A stretch of 64,000 bases of DNA from contig JAGNLW010000001.1 in the NCBI GenBank assembly GCA_017999365.1, positions 669-64,668 of the forward strand, read 5' to 3'. Shown piece by piece: positions 28,667 to 38,637 of this stretch. A program made the translations under genes and the position numbers. Source of the DNA: Candidatus Aminicenantes bacterium. Lineage in GTDB: Bacteria; Acidobacteriota; Aminicenantia; Aminicenantales; Saccharicenantaceae. The first letter of the stretch is position 1, and every line of letters starts with the position of its first letter. The notes under the pieces are model-generated. The model saw only the letters and a program-made list of their open reading frames with translations. It did not search any database and was not told the origin of the DNA.

Positions 28667-30052
28667 ATGGCCAAGATCCCGCTCGCGCGCAGCCTCAAGA
28701 CGGCCGCCCTGCTGGCCGCCCTGCTGGCCGCCCTGCCGGCGACCGGCGACGCGGTCGGACCCCGGCCGGCGGACGGCCGGACGAAACGGGTCACGCGGCC
28801 GCCCCAGCGGACGGCCCCGCTGTTGAGGGCCGAGCGGCCGCTCGTCGCCCGGCGCGGCTCCCGGTACGCCCCCGGGCGGGTTCTCGTCCGCTTCCGCCCG
28901 GAGATCCCCGACGTCTACGCCGAGGGGATGCTCGCGTCCTACGGCTTCCCGTCCTTCCGGCGCATCCCCGGGGTCGGCGTCTACAGCGTCGAGACCGCGC
29001 CGGGCGCGTCCGTCGTCGAGACCCTGGCCATGCTCCGCCGCAACGGCGACATCGAGAAGGCCCGCCCCGACTACCGGGCCCACCTGGCCGACCTCCCCAA
29101 CGATCCCTATTTCGCGAGCTACCAGTACGCCCTCCGCAATCCGGGCGGCGTCCTCGCCATCAGCCCCTCCGTCCAGCCGCAGATGACGGCCGGGGCGGAC
29201 ATCAAGGCCCCGGCGGCCTGGGACGCGGTCAAGGGGGACCCCGAGCTGATCATCGCCATCCTCGACACGGGCCTCGACCTCTCCCATCCCGACCTGGCGA
29301 CCAAGGTCTACTCGTCCGGCTACGATTTCGCCAACGAGGACGACGAAGCGGACGACGACCACTGGCACGGCACCCACGTCGCCGGCATCGCCGCGGCCGA
29401 CACCGGCAACGGCGCGGGCATCGCCGGAGTGGCTTGGAACTGCCGGCTGCTGCCGGTCAAGGTCACCGACGCCTCCGGCGACGGCTATTACAGCTGGATC
29501 ATCGACGGCATCGTCTGGGCCGTCGACGCGGGGGCCGACGTCATCAACATCAGCATGGGCGGCGAGTACGACGACGCCTTCCTCGAGGACGCCTGCAAGT
29601 ACGCCTTCGACCGCGGCGTCGTCGTCGTGGCCGCGGCCGGCAACGACGGCGGGGCCCGGGTCCTCTACCCGGCCGCCTACGACGACTACGTCCTGGCCGT
29701 CGCCGCCAGCGATTACGACGACGAGATCGCGTCCTGGTCCAACTACGGACCCCAGGTCGACGTCGCCGCCCCGGGGGCCTACATCCTGTCCACGGCGCCG
29801 CGGGCCTACGTCGGGAGCCTGAACCCGCCCTACCTCTTCGCCTCCGGGACATCCATGGCCTCGCCGCACGTCGCCGGCCTGGCCGCCCTGGTCAAAAGCC
29901 TCAAGCCCGGGCTGACCGCGGCCGAGGTCATGAACGTCATCCGCTACACCGCCGACGACGTCAACGCCGCCACCGCCCCCGGCTTCGACGACCACGCCGG
30001 TTACGGCCGCATCAACATGGAGAGGGCCCTGACCCCGTACATCATCCGGTGA
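28667..30052 (+). CDS. Secreted subtilisin-like serine protease (S8 family) with propeptide
   Basis: Catalytic triad motifs DTGLD, HGTHVAGI and GTSMASPHVAG, plus a signal peptide. Confidence 0.9.
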   Translation: MAKIPLARSLKTAALLAALLAALPATGDAVGPRPADGRTKRVTRPPQRTAPLLRAERPLVARRGSRYAPGRVLVRFRPEIPDVYAEGMLASYGFPSFRRIPGVGVYSVETAPGASVVETLAMLRRNGDIEKARPDYRAHLADLPNDPYFASYQYALRNPGGVLAISPSVQPQMTAGADIKAPAAWDAVKGDPELIIAILDTGLDLSHPDLATKVYSSGYDFANEDDEADDDHWHGTHVAGIAAADTGNGAGIAGVAWNCRLLPVKVTDASGDGYYSWIIDGIVWAVDAGADVINISMGGEYDDAFLEDACKYAFDRGVVVVAAAGNDGGARVLYPAAYDDYVLAVAASDYDDEIASWSNYGPQVDVAAPGAYILSTAPRAYVGSLNPPYLFASGTSMASPHVAGLAALVKSLKPGLTAAEVMNVIRYTADDVNAATAPGFDDHAGYGRINMERALTPYIIR

Positions 30053-30065
30053 CGGCGCGACGACC

Positions 30066-31757
30066 ATGATCAAGTTCCTGCGCGTCAGGAATCTGGCCAC
30101 CATCGAAGACCTGACCCTGTCGTTCGAGAGCGGCTTCTCCATCCTGACCGGCGAGACGGGCGCCGGCAAGTCCATCATCATCGACGCCATCCGCCTGATC
30201 CTCGGCGAGAAGGCCTCCCCCGACCTGGTCCGGACGGGCCGCGCCGAGGCCCTGGTCGAAGCCGTCTTCGACGTCTCCGGCGAGCGGCTCGAGCTCGAAG
30301 GCCTGCCGGGGCCGGAGGACGGCGAGCTGCTCGTCCAGCGCTCGGTCACCGCCCAGGGCGCGGGCAAAGCCTCCGTCAACGGCGTCCTCGTGCCCGTGCG
30401 CCGGTTGCGCGAGATCGGCGGCCGCCTCATCGACATCTACGGACAGAACGACCACGTCTTCCTCCTCCACCTCGAGAACCACCTGGCCTATCTCGACGCC
30501 GCCCTCGACGAGCCGGCCCTCGTCCGGGACACGGCCCGGGCGGCCCAGGATCTCAGGCGGCTGCTCCAGGAGAAGCGCGACCTCGAGGCCCGGGAGAAGG
30601 AGCGCGAGCAGCGTCTCGACTTCATCGCCTACCAGGCCGGCGAGATCGAGGCGGCCGGCCTCAAGCCCGGCGAGGACGAGAGCCTGCTGCGCGAGCGCGA
30701 CATCCTCCGCGACGCCGGGAAGATCGCCGGCCTGGTCGACCGGGCCCTCGACGTCGCCTATCTCGGCGAGGACTCCCTCGTGCCGCGGCTGGCCCGGCTG
30801 CGCTCGCTGCTCGGCGAGCTCGGCGCCTACGACGCCTCGTTCGGCGACTTCCGGGCCGGGCTCGAGGAGGCCGCCATCCTGCTCCAGGACGCCGCCGACG
30901 CCCTGGTCCGCTTCAAGGACCGGCGGGCCGAAGCGCCCGAGGACCCCGAGGCGGTCGAGGAGCGCCTGAGCGTCATCGAGAAGCTCAAGCGCAAGCACGG
31001 CGGGACGATCGAGGCCGTGCTGGCCCGCGGCGAAGAGCTCCGCCGCGAGCGGGCCGCGCTCGAGGGCGGGCGCGACCGGCTCCAGGAGCTCGGCTCGGCC
31101 ATCGAAGCCCGGTTCGCCGACTACGCCGCCCTGGCCGCCCGCCTGGGCACGGCCCGCCGGAGGGCCGCCGGGGCCCTCGGCCGGGCCATCGAGAAGGAGA
31201 TCGCCCTGCTGGGCATGTCCAAGGCCCGCTTCGAGGTCCGCTTGACCCCGGTTCCCCCCTCCCCCGACGATCCCGCGACCGTCCGCGACCAGGGGGCCGA
31301 GGACGCCGAGTTCCTGCTCTCGCCCAATCCCGGCGAGGAGCTCCGGCCCCTGCGCCGCATCGCCTCGGGCGGCGAGCTGTCGCGGATGATGCTGGCGCTG
31401 AAGTCGGCCGGGCGGGACCGTGAGGACCGCAAGACCCTCATCTTCGACGAGATCGACGCCGGCATCGGCGGCCGGACGGCCGAGTTCATCGCCCGCAAGC
31501 TCGGCCAGCTGGCCGCCCGCCACCAGGTCGTCTGCATCACCCACCTGCCGCAGATCGCCGCGGCCGCGGCCCACCACTTCCACGTCGACAAGCGGGTCGA
31601 AAAGGACCGGACGTTCACGGCCGCCCGCCGGCTCGGGCCAGAGGAGCGCGTCGAGGAGATCGCCCGCCTGGTCGCCGGCAGCCGGCTGACCGAGGCCTCC
31701 CGCCAGACCGCCCGCGAGATGCTCGAGGGGACGCCCGGGAAAGGACAACGCCCATGA
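30066..31757 (+). CDS. recN: DNA repair protein RecN
   Basis: N-terminal Walker A (GETGAGKS), coiled-coil middle, C-terminal signature and Walker B. Confidence 0.95.
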   Translation: MIKFLRVRNLATIEDLTLSFESGFSILTGETGAGKSIIIDAIRLILGEKASPDLVRTGRAEALVEAVFDVSGERLELEGLPGPEDGELLVQRSVTAQGAGKASVNGVLVPVRRLREIGGRLIDIYGQNDHVFLLHLENHLAYLDAALDEPALVRDTARAAQDLRRLLQEKRDLEAREKEREQRLDFIAYQAGEIEAAGLKPGEDESLLRERDILRDAGKIAGLVDRALDVAYLGEDSLVPRLARLRSLLGELGAYDASFGDFRAGLEEAAILLQDAADALVRFKDRRAEAPEDPEAVEERLSVIEKLKRKHGGTIEAVLARGEELRRERAALEGGRDRLQELGSAIEARFADYAALAARLGTARRRAAGALGRAIEKEIALLGMSKARFEVRLTPVPPSPDDPATVRDQGAEDAEFLLSPNPGEELRPLRRIASGGELSRMMLALKSAGRDREDRKTLIFDEIDAGIGGRTAEFIARKLGQLAARHQVVCITHLPQIAAAAAHHFHVDKRVEKDRTFTAARRLGPEERVEEIARLVAGSRLTEASRQTAREMLEGTPGKGQRP

Positions 31758-32188
31758 CCAAGCCAGAGACCGCCGTGGCCCTCTTCCGCGAGGGTTTCAG
31801 CTGTTCGCAGGGGGTCTTCGCGGCCTTCGCCGCCGACCTCGGCCTCGACCGCGAGACGGCCCTGAAGCTGGCCCAGCCGTTCGGCGGCGGCATCGCCCGC
31901 CGGGCCGACTGGTGCGGCGCGTTGACCGGGGCTTTCCTGGCGGTGGGCCTCAGGCACGGCCGGGTCCGGGCCGAGGACGCCGCGGCCAGGGACCGGACCT
32001 ACGCCCTGGTCAACGAGCTCGTCCGGCGGTTCGAGGCCGCCCACGGCGCGGTCCGCTGCCGCGACCTGCTCGGCTGCGACATCGGCACCCCGGAAGGCCA
32101 GAAATGGGCCGAGGACCGCAAGCTCCACCAGACGACCTGCGAACGGCTCGTCCGGGACGCCGCGGCCCTGCTCGAGGAGATCCTCTGA
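31754..32188 (+). CDS. C_GCAxxG_C_C family putative redox protein
   Basis: CSQG and CGALTG motifs with C-terminal cysteines. Confidence 0.7.
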   Translation: MTKPETAVALFREGFSCSQGVFAAFAADLGLDRETALKLAQPFGGGIARRADWCGALTGAFLAVGLRHGRVRAEDAAARDRTYALVNELVRRFEAAHGAVRCRDLLGCDIGTPEGQKWAEDRKLHQTTCERLVRDAAALLEEIL

Positions 32189-32195
32189 GACGGCC

Positions 32196-33515
32196 ATGAC
32201 CCCGCCCCTCGCCGGCCGGAAGGTCTTCGTCCGGACCTTCGGCTGCCAGATGAACGAGAACGACTCCGAGCACATCGCCGGCGTCCTCGTCCGGGCCGGC
32301 GCGGTCCAGGTCGACGGTCCCGAGGGCGCGGACGTCGTCGTCGTCAACACCTGCGCCGTGCGCCGGAAGTCGGAAGAGAAGCTGTTCTCGTACCTCGGCC
32401 GGCTGTCGGGGCTGAAGCGGCGGCGGCCGTTCCTCCTGGGCGTGGCCGGCTGCGTCGCCCAGGTCCGCCGCGAGGACATCCTGGCCCGGGTCCCGTGCGT
32501 CGACTTCGTCGCCGGGCCCGACAGCTACCCCGACCTGGCCGACATCGTCGCGCGGGCCGCGGAGGCACCGGCGGTCCGCACGGACCTCGGCGGCGACTGG
32601 CGCGAGGTCGGCCCCGGATCGACGGCCCGGGGGAACTCCTGGAGCGTCTACGTGCCGGTCATGGAGGGCTGCGACAACTTCTGCGCCTACTGCATCGTCC
32701 CCTTCAGCCGGGGACGGGAGAAGTACCGGCCGCTCGGGGCCGTCGTGGCCGAGGTCCGGGCCGCGGCCGAGGCCGGGGCGCGCGAAGTCCAGCTCCTCGG
32801 CCAGAACGTCAACTCCTACCGCGACCCGGGGACCGGGGCGGACTTCCCGGCCCTGCTCGAGGCCGTCTGCGCCGTCCCGGGGCCGGACTGGGTCCGCTTC
32901 ATCACCTCCCACCCCAAGAACTTCGGCGACGGGCTCGTCCGGGCCATGGCCGGGCTGCCCAAGGTCTGCCCGGCCCTCCACCTGCCCGTCCAGTCGGGTT
33001 CTTCGGCCGTCCTGGCCCGGATGAACCGGGGCTACGACCGGGAGGATTATCTCGGGCTCGTTTCGCGCCTGAAACGGGGCGTGCCGGGCCTGCTCCTCTC
33101 GACCGACGTCATCGTCGGCTTTCCCGGCGAGACCGAGGCGGACTTCGAGGCCACTTGCGGGCTTCTCCGCGAGGTCGGTTTCGCCGGGGTCTTCTCGTTC
33201 CGTTACTCGCCGCGCCCGTTGACGGCCGCGTCGGAGCTCGCCGACGACGTGCCCCTCGAGGTCAAGCGCCGCCGCCTGGTCGCCCTCCAGGCGCTGCAGA
33301 GGTCGCTGCAGGCCGGGATGTTCCGCTCGTTCGTCGGCCGGGATCTCCGGGTCCTCGGCACCGGGCCCAGCCCCAAGGGCGGCGGGCGGTTCTCGGGCCG
33401 CACGGCCGGCAACCTGGTGGTCAACTTCGACGCCCCCGCCGACCCCGCCGGGCGCTTCGTCGACGTCCGGATCACGGGCTCCGGCCCCTACAGCCTCCAC
33501 GGCTCCGCCGTCTGA
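32196..33515 (+). CDS. miaB: MiaB-family tRNA methylthiotransferase (radical SAM plus TRAM)
   Basis: MTTase N-domain cysteines, radical SAM CDNFCAYC, C-terminal TRAM domain. Confidence 0.85.
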   Translation: MTPPLAGRKVFVRTFGCQMNENDSEHIAGVLVRAGAVQVDGPEGADVVVVNTCAVRRKSEEKLFSYLGRLSGLKRRRPFLLGVAGCVAQVRREDILARVPCVDFVAGPDSYPDLADIVARAAEAPAVRTDLGGDWREVGPGSTARGNSWSVYVPVMEGCDNFCAYCIVPFSRGREKYRPLGAVVAEVRAAAEAGAREVQLLGQNVNSYRDPGTGADFPALLEAVCAVPGPDWVRFITSHPKNFGDGLVRAMAGLPKVCPALHLPVQSGSSAVLARMNRGYDREDYLGLVSRLKRGVPGLLLSTDVIVGFPGETEADFEATCGLLREVGFAGVFSFRYSPRPLTAASELADDVPLEVKRRRLVALQALQRSLQAGMFRSFVGRDLRVLGTGPSPKGGGRFSGRTAGNLVVNFDAPADPAGRFVDVRITGSGPYSLHGSAV

Positions 33516-33544
33516 TTGCACTTTGACCGCGATTCCGATATAAT
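33516..33544 (+). promoter_or_regulatory. Putative sigma-70 promoter of the nusA–infB operon (TTGCAC-17-TATAAT)
   Basis: Hexamers separated by 17 nt. GATTCCGA immediately abuts the -10. Confidence 0.5.
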
Positions 33545-33586
33545 CCCTCGCCTTGAGCCCCTTCGCCCGGGAATTGAGAACAGCGG

Positions 33587-34624
33587 ATGAAAGTCAACGT
33601 CTGGAATACGATCCTGCAGCTCAGCAAAGAGCGCAGCGTCGAGCCTCGCGTCATCATCCAGGCCATCGAGGAATCCCTTAGGGTCGCCTCGGCCAAGTTC
33701 TTCTCCCAGAAAGAGAACGTCCAGGTCCTGTTCAAGCCCGAGAAGGGCGAGTTGCGCGTCTTCGCCGTCAAGCGGGCGGCGGCGGCCCCCAAGAACCCGG
33801 CCGAGGAGATCTCCCTGGCCGAGGCCCGGTCCATCCGCCCGGACGTCAAGGAGGGCGAGACCGTCGAGATCGACCTGCCCTCGGACACCCTGGGCCGCAT
33901 CGCCGCCCAGGCCGCCAAGCAGGTCATCTTCCAGAAGGTCCGCGACGCCGAGCACGAGAAGATCATCAACGAGTTCGCCCCCCGCATCGGCGAGATCGTC
34001 ACGGGCGTCGTCCGCCGCATCGAGGACGGCGTCGTCGTCCTGGAGGTCGGCCGGACCGAGGTCTTCATGCCCCTGCGCGAGAAGCTGCCCGGCGACGAGC
34101 TCAGGCGCGGCGACCTGGTCAAGGCCGTCATCACCCAGGTCCTCAAGGGCTACCAGGGGCCGCAGATCATCGTCTCCCGGGGCGCCAGCCGGTTCCTGGC
34201 CCGCCTCTTGGAGAACGAGATCCCCGAGATCGCCAACGGGACCATCGAGATCAAGGACATCGTCCGCCAGGCCGGGGAGCGTTCCAAAGTGGCCGTGGCC
34301 AGCCGCGAGCGGGACATCGATCCCGTCGGCGCCTGCATCGGCGTCAAGGGCAACCGCATCCTGGCCATCTCCAAGGAGCTCCAGGGCGAGAAGATCGACA
34401 TCATCGAGTGGTCCCCCGACCTCGTGAGCTACGCCAAGGCCGCCCTCAGCCCGGCCAAGGTCGAACGGCTCCAGATCGCCAGCAAGGTCGAGAAGGCCAT
34501 CCTGGCCGTCGTCCCGCAGGACCAGCTGTCGCTGGCCATCGGCAAGAAGGGCATCAACGTCAAGCTGGCCTCCCGCCTGGTCGGCTGGAAAATCTCCATC
34601 AAACAAGAAGACGCTCATGACTGA
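33587..34624 (+). CDS. nusA: Transcription termination/antitermination factor NusA (no C-terminal AR repeats)
   Basis: N-terminal domain, S1 domain and KH domains. Confidence 0.95.
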   Translation: MKVNVWNTILQLSKERSVEPRVIIQAIEESLRVASAKFFSQKENVQVLFKPEKGELRVFAVKRAAAAPKNPAEEISLAEARSIRPDVKEGETVEIDLPSDTLGRIAAQAAKQVIFQKVRDAEHEKIINEFAPRIGEIVTGVVRRIEDGVVVLEVGRTEVFMPLREKLPGDELRRGDLVKAVITQVLKGYQGPQIIVSRGASRFLARLLENEIPEIANGTIEIKDIVRQAGERSKVAVASRERDIDPVGACIGVKGNRILAISKELQGEKIDIIEWSPDLVSYAKAALSPAKVERLQIASKVEKAILAVVPQDQLSLAIGKKGINVKLASRLVGWKISIKQEDAHD

Positions 34625-36992
34625 AACCACCAAGAAGCCCGCCGTGAAGAAACCGCTCAAGGCCGAAGCGGACAAGACGGCCGCGGCGCCGGCCAAGGCG
34701 CCCTTGAAGCCGGCCGTCCCGCTCCGCCCGGCCAATCCCATCAGACCCGGCGCCCCCCGCCCGCTCGCCCCGGCCCGGCCGCTCCAAGCCGGCCCGGTCA
34801 AGCCGGCGGCGGGAGCTGCCGCTCCGGCCAAGCCCGGGGCCATCCCCCTGAAGCCGGCCGTCCCGCTCCGCCCGGCCAGTCCGCTCAAGCCCGCCGCCCC
34901 GGCGGCCAAGCCGGCCGCGCCCGCGGCGAAACCCGCGGCCCCGGCCAAACCCGCTCCGGCCCCCGCGCCCAAGCCCGCGGTCCCCAAGCCCGCGGCTCCT
35001 CCGGCGGCGCCCAAACCGGCCGCCCATGCCGCTCCCCACGCCGCGCCGCCCGTCCGTCCGGCCGCGCCTCCGGCGCCCCCCGCGGCCCCGGCCAAGCCCG
35101 CCGCCCGCCCGGCCCCCGCGCCGGCCGTCCGGCCGTCGGCTCCTTCGGCGCCCAAGGCCCCGGCCCCTCAGGCCGGACCGGCCAGGCCCGCCGCCCGCCC
35201 GGCCCCCGCGCCGGCCAAACCGCCCGCCCCGCCGGCGCCCCCCAAACCCCGGGAGAGGATCGCCCTGCGCGAGGGCTGGCTGATCAAGGACGCCGCCGAG
35301 GCCATGAAGGTCCGCCCCAAGGACCTCCTCGACCGGCTGGCCGCCAAGGGATTCCCGGCCGATCTCAACGATTTCGTCGACGCCGAGGTGGCCGCCGCCG
35401 TCGCCAAGGCCACCCATTTCGACGCCGAGTTCGTCACCCTCGACCAGGCCATGCGCGCGCTGGCCGAGGCCAAGGCCGCCGACCTGGCGCCGCGCTCCCC
35501 CGTCGTCACCATCATGGGCCACGTCGACCACGGCAAGACGACCCTCCTCGACGCCATCCGGTCCTCCCATCTGGTCGACAGGGAGTCGGGCGGCATCACC
35601 CAGCACATCGGGGCCTACCGAGTCCCGGTCAAGAACCGCTTCATCACCTTCATCGACACCCCGGGCCACGAGGCCTTCACCCAGCTCCGCTCCCGCGGCG
35701 CCAAGGCCACCGACATCGTCGTCCTGGTCGTCGCCGCCGACGACGGCATCATGCCCCAGACCAAGGAGGCCATCGACCACGCCCGGGCCGCCGCGGTGCC
35801 GATCATCGTGGCCATCAACAAGGTCGACAAGCCCGAGGCCAATGTCGAACGGGTCAAGCAGCAGCTGGCCAAGGAGAACCTCCTGGTCGAGGACTGGGGC
35901 GGCAAGATCATCAGCGTCGAGATCTCGGCCAAGGAGAAGAGGAACATCGACGACCTGCTCGAGATGATCCTCCTGCTCAGCGACGTCCAGGAGATCAAGG
36001 CCAATCCCCGCGTCCCGGCCCAGGGCGTGGTCCTCGAGGCCCGGCTCGACAGCCAGAAGGGCCCGCTGGCCACGGTCATCGTCCAGCAGGGCACCCTCGA
36101 ACAGGGCCAGGCCTTCGTCTCCGGGCTGACCATGGGCAAGGTCCGGGCCATGTTCGACGAGCACGGCAAGGTCCTCAAGAGCGCCGGGCCGTCGGTCCCC
36201 GTGGAGATCATGGGCTTCGCCGACGTCCCCGTCGCCGGCGACCCGTTCCAGGTCATGGGCGATCCGAACGAGGCCAAGCTCGTCGTCGAGTACCGCAAGA
36301 CCCGGGCCAAGAGGCCCGAGTCCGCCCGCGACAGCGGCGTGACCCTCGACGACCTGTTCAAGAAGATCGAGGGCGGCCAGGCCAAGGAGCTGACGCTCGT
36401 CGTCAAGGCCGACGTCCAGGGCTCCGTGGAGGTCCTCAGCGACATCCTGCCGCCGCTCAGCACGGACAAGGTCAAGGTCCGGATCGTCACCGCCGCGACC
36501 GGCAACATCACGGAGGCCGACGTCCTGCTGGCCTCGGCCTCCAAGGCCATCGTCATCGGCTACAACGTCAAGCCGGCCCCCAAGGTCCTCGACCTGGCCA
36601 AGAAGGAAGAGGTCGAGATCCGGACGTACAAGATCATCTACCAGCTCACGGACGACATCAAGAAGGCCCTCATCGGCCTGCTCGAGCCGGTCATCAAGGA
36701 GACCTTCCTGGGCCGGGCCGAGGTCCGCAGGGTCTTCCAGATCCCCAAGGTCGGGGCCATCGCCGGCTGCTACGTCCAGGACGGCCGGATCACCCGCAAC
36801 GCGGAGGCCCGGGTCCTGCGCGGCCGCGAGGTCCTGCACCAGGGACGGATCACCTCCCTCAAGCACCTCAAGGAGAACGTCACCGAGGTCAAGAAGGACT
36901 ACGAGTGCGGCATCGGCGTCGGCGGCTTCAACGACCTCCAGCCCGGCGACACGATCGAGGCCTTCGTCCGCGAGAAGGTCCAGGCCATCTGA
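34617..36992 (+). CDS. infB: Translation initiation factor IF-2 with Pro/Ala-rich N-terminal region
   Basis: G-domain motifs [13 protein letters not shown] and NKVD, plus a C-terminal beta-barrel. Confidence 0.97.
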   Translation: MTETTKKPAVKKPLKAEADKTAAAPAKAPLKPAVPLRPANPIRPGAPRPLAPARPLQAGPVKPAAGAAAPAKPGAIPLKPAVPLRPASPLKPAAPAAKPAAPAAKPAAPAKPAPAPAPKPAVPKPAAPPAAPKPAAHAAPHAAPPVRPAAPPAPPAAPAKPAARPAPAPAVRPSAPSAPKAPAPQAGPARPAARPAPAPAKPPAPPAPPKPRERIALREGWLIKDAAEAMKVRPKDLLDRLAAKGFPADLNDFVDAEVAAAVAKATHFDAEFVTLDQAMRALAEAKAADLAPRSPVVTIMGHVDHGKTTLLDAIRSSHLVDRESGGITQHIGAYRVPVKNRFITFIDTPGHEAFTQLRSRGAKATDIVVLVVAADDGIMPQTKEAIDHARAAAVPIIVAINKVDKPEANVERVKQQLAKENLLVEDWGGKIISVEISAKEKRNIDDLLEMILLLSDVQEIKANPRVPAQGVVLEARLDSQKGPLATVIVQQGTLEQGQAFVSGLTMGKVRAMFDEHGKVLKSAGPSVPVEIMGFADVPVAGDPFQVMGDPNEAKLVVEYRKTRAKRPESARDSGVTLDDLFKKIEGGQAKELTLVVKADVQGSVEVLSDILPPLSTDKVKVRIVTAATGNITEADVLLASASKAIVIGYNVKPAPKVLDLAKKEEVEIRTYKIIYQLTDDIKKALIGLLEPVIKETFLGRAEVRRVFQIPKVGAIAGCYVQDGRITRNAEARVLRGREVLHQGRITSLKHLKENVTEVKKDYECGIGVGGFNDLQPGDTIEAFVREKVQAI
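34703..35221 (+). repeat. In-frame direct DNA repeats inside the infB N-terminal low-complexity region
   Basis: A near-identical 33-bp segment at 34703 and 34848 (encoding [10 protein letters not shown]). A 30-bp repeat gcccgccgcccgcccggcccccgcgccggcc at about 35096 and 35186. Confidence 0.7.
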
Positions 36993-37010
36993 CGGAGACG
37001 GAGGTTCCCG

Positions 37011-37289
37011 ATGGTCGTCGGCGTCCTGACGCTCGATCTGTTCTTCCCGCACGCCCGGTCCCTCAAGGATAAGCGCCGCATCCTCCACGGCTTCAAGGAC
37101 CGCCTCCGCCGCCACAACGTCGCCGTGGCCGAGATCGAGCACCAGGACCTCTGGCAGAGGGCCCGTCTGGGCGTCGTGGCGGTCCACGGCCACCAATCCG
37201 TCGTCGAGGACATCCTCGGCCGGGTCCTGGCCGACGCCCGCGGCCTCGAGGAGGCCGAGATCGCCGGCCAGGAGGTCCGCTATGCCTGA
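37011..37289 (+). CDS. DUF503 family protein (YlxP-like)
   Basis: Small protein in the conserved position between infB and rbfA. Confidence 0.7.
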   Translation: MVVGVLTLDLFFPHARSLKDKRRILHGFKDRLRRHNVAVAEIEHQDLWQRARLGVVAVHGHQSVVEDILGRVLADARGLEEAEIAGQEVRYA

Positions 37290-37635
37290 GAGAGGCTTCC
37301 GGACGAAGCGCGTCGCCGAGCTCGTCCAGGCCGAGATCGGCCGGCTCCTCATCGCCGAGTTCCAGGACGCCCACTCGGGCCTGCTGACCGTCACCCGGGT
37401 CGAGATGACCCCCGACCTCCTCACCGCCCGGGTCTTCGTGAGCGTGTTCGGCGCGGACGACCCCGCCGCCCTGCTCGACCGCCTCGAACGGCGCAAGGGC
37501 TACATCCGGAGGACCCTTGCCTCCCGGATCGAGTTGAAGTATAATCCCGAGCTATTTTTCGCCCTGGACCCCGGTCCGGGGCAGCAGGAGCGCATCGACC
37601 GGCTCCTCGAGGAGACCAAGAGACATGGGCGCTGA
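37282..37635 (+). CDS. rbfA: Ribosome-binding factor A
   Basis: RbfA family KH-like fold. Confidence 0.9.
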   Translation: MPERGFRTKRVAELVQAEIGRLLIAEFQDAHSGLLTVTRVEMTPDLLTARVFVSVFGADDPAALLDRLERRKGYIRRTLASRIELKYNPELFFALDPGPGQQERIDRLLEETKRHGR

Positions 37636-38620
37636 CCCGAGAGAGCTCATCGCGGCCCGGCTCAAGGCCTCACGGCGGTTCGCCGTGACGTCCCATCTCC
37701 GGCCCGACGGCGACTCCCTCTGCACGGCCCTGGCCTTGGCCGGCATGGGGGCTCTGCTCGGGAAAGAGGTCGCCATCGTCAACCGCGACCCGACCCCGGT
37801 GCCGTTCTCCTCGTTCCCCGAGCTGGCCGGCGTGCGCGTCGGCCAGATCCGGGCCGCCGACTACGACACGGTCGTCCTCCTCGAGTGCGCGGACGTCTCC
37901 CGGTCGGGCCAGGAAGGCCTGGACGGCTCGTTCAAGATCAACATCGACCACCACTACTCCAACACGCCGTACGCCGAGATCAACTGGATCGACCCCGAAG
38001 CGCCGGCCGTCGGCGAGATGGTCTTCGAGCTGTCCCGCTTCCTGGGCGTCCGTCCGACGCCGGAGATCGCCGAGTCCCTCTACTGCGCCATCTTCTCCGA
38101 CACGGGCTCGTTCCATTTCTCCAACACGACCCCCCGGGCCCTGGCCGCGGCCACCGAGCTGGCCCGCCTGGGAGCCAGCCCCAACCGCGTGGCCGAGAAG
38201 ATCTACTACAACAACCGTCCCGAGAAGATCCTCCTGCTCGGCCGCGTCCTGTCCTCCCTCGTCATGACGGGCGGCGGAGCCATCGCCGTCATCACCATGC
38301 ACAAGCGCGACACGGAGTCCCTCGGCCTCCGGGAGGTCGACACGGAGGACATGACCACGCTGGCCCGGTCCATCCAGGGCGTCGAGATGGTCATGTTCTT
38401 CAAGGAGATGGGCCCCGAGACCTACCGGGTCAGCCTGCGGTCCAAAGGCAGCGCCAACGCGGCCAAGGTGGCCGAGCACTTCGGCGGCGGCGGGCACGTC
38501 CACGCCTCGGGCTTCACCGTCTACGGGCCCTACGAACGGCTCATCCGCGAGGTCCCGGCCACGGTCGAGGGCCTCCTGCGCGAGGCCCGACGCGACCCGT
38601 CCGACGGCCGGGCCGGCTGA
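37625..38620 (+). CDS. DHH-family phosphoesterase (NrnA-like oligoribonuclease / pAp phosphatase)
   Basis: DHH motif (NIDHHYSN) and DHHA1 C-terminal GGGH motif. Confidence 0.8.
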   Translation: MGADPRELIAARLKASRRFAVTSHLRPDGDSLCTALALAGMGALLGKEVAIVNRDPTPVPFSSFPELAGVRVGQIRAADYDTVVLLECADVSRSGQEGLDGSFKINIDHHYSNTPYAEINWIDPEAPAVGEMVFELSRFLGVRPTPEIAESLYCAIFSDTGSFHFSNTTPRALAAATELARLGASPNRVAEKIYYNNRPEKILLLGRVLSSLVMTGGGAIAVITMHKRDTESLGLREVDTEDMTTLARSIQGVEMVMFFKEMGPETYRVSLRSKGSANAAKVAEHFGGGGHVHASGFTVYGPYERLIREVPATVEGLLREARRDPSDGRAG

Positions 38621-38637
38621 GGCCGGGGACGTCCCCG

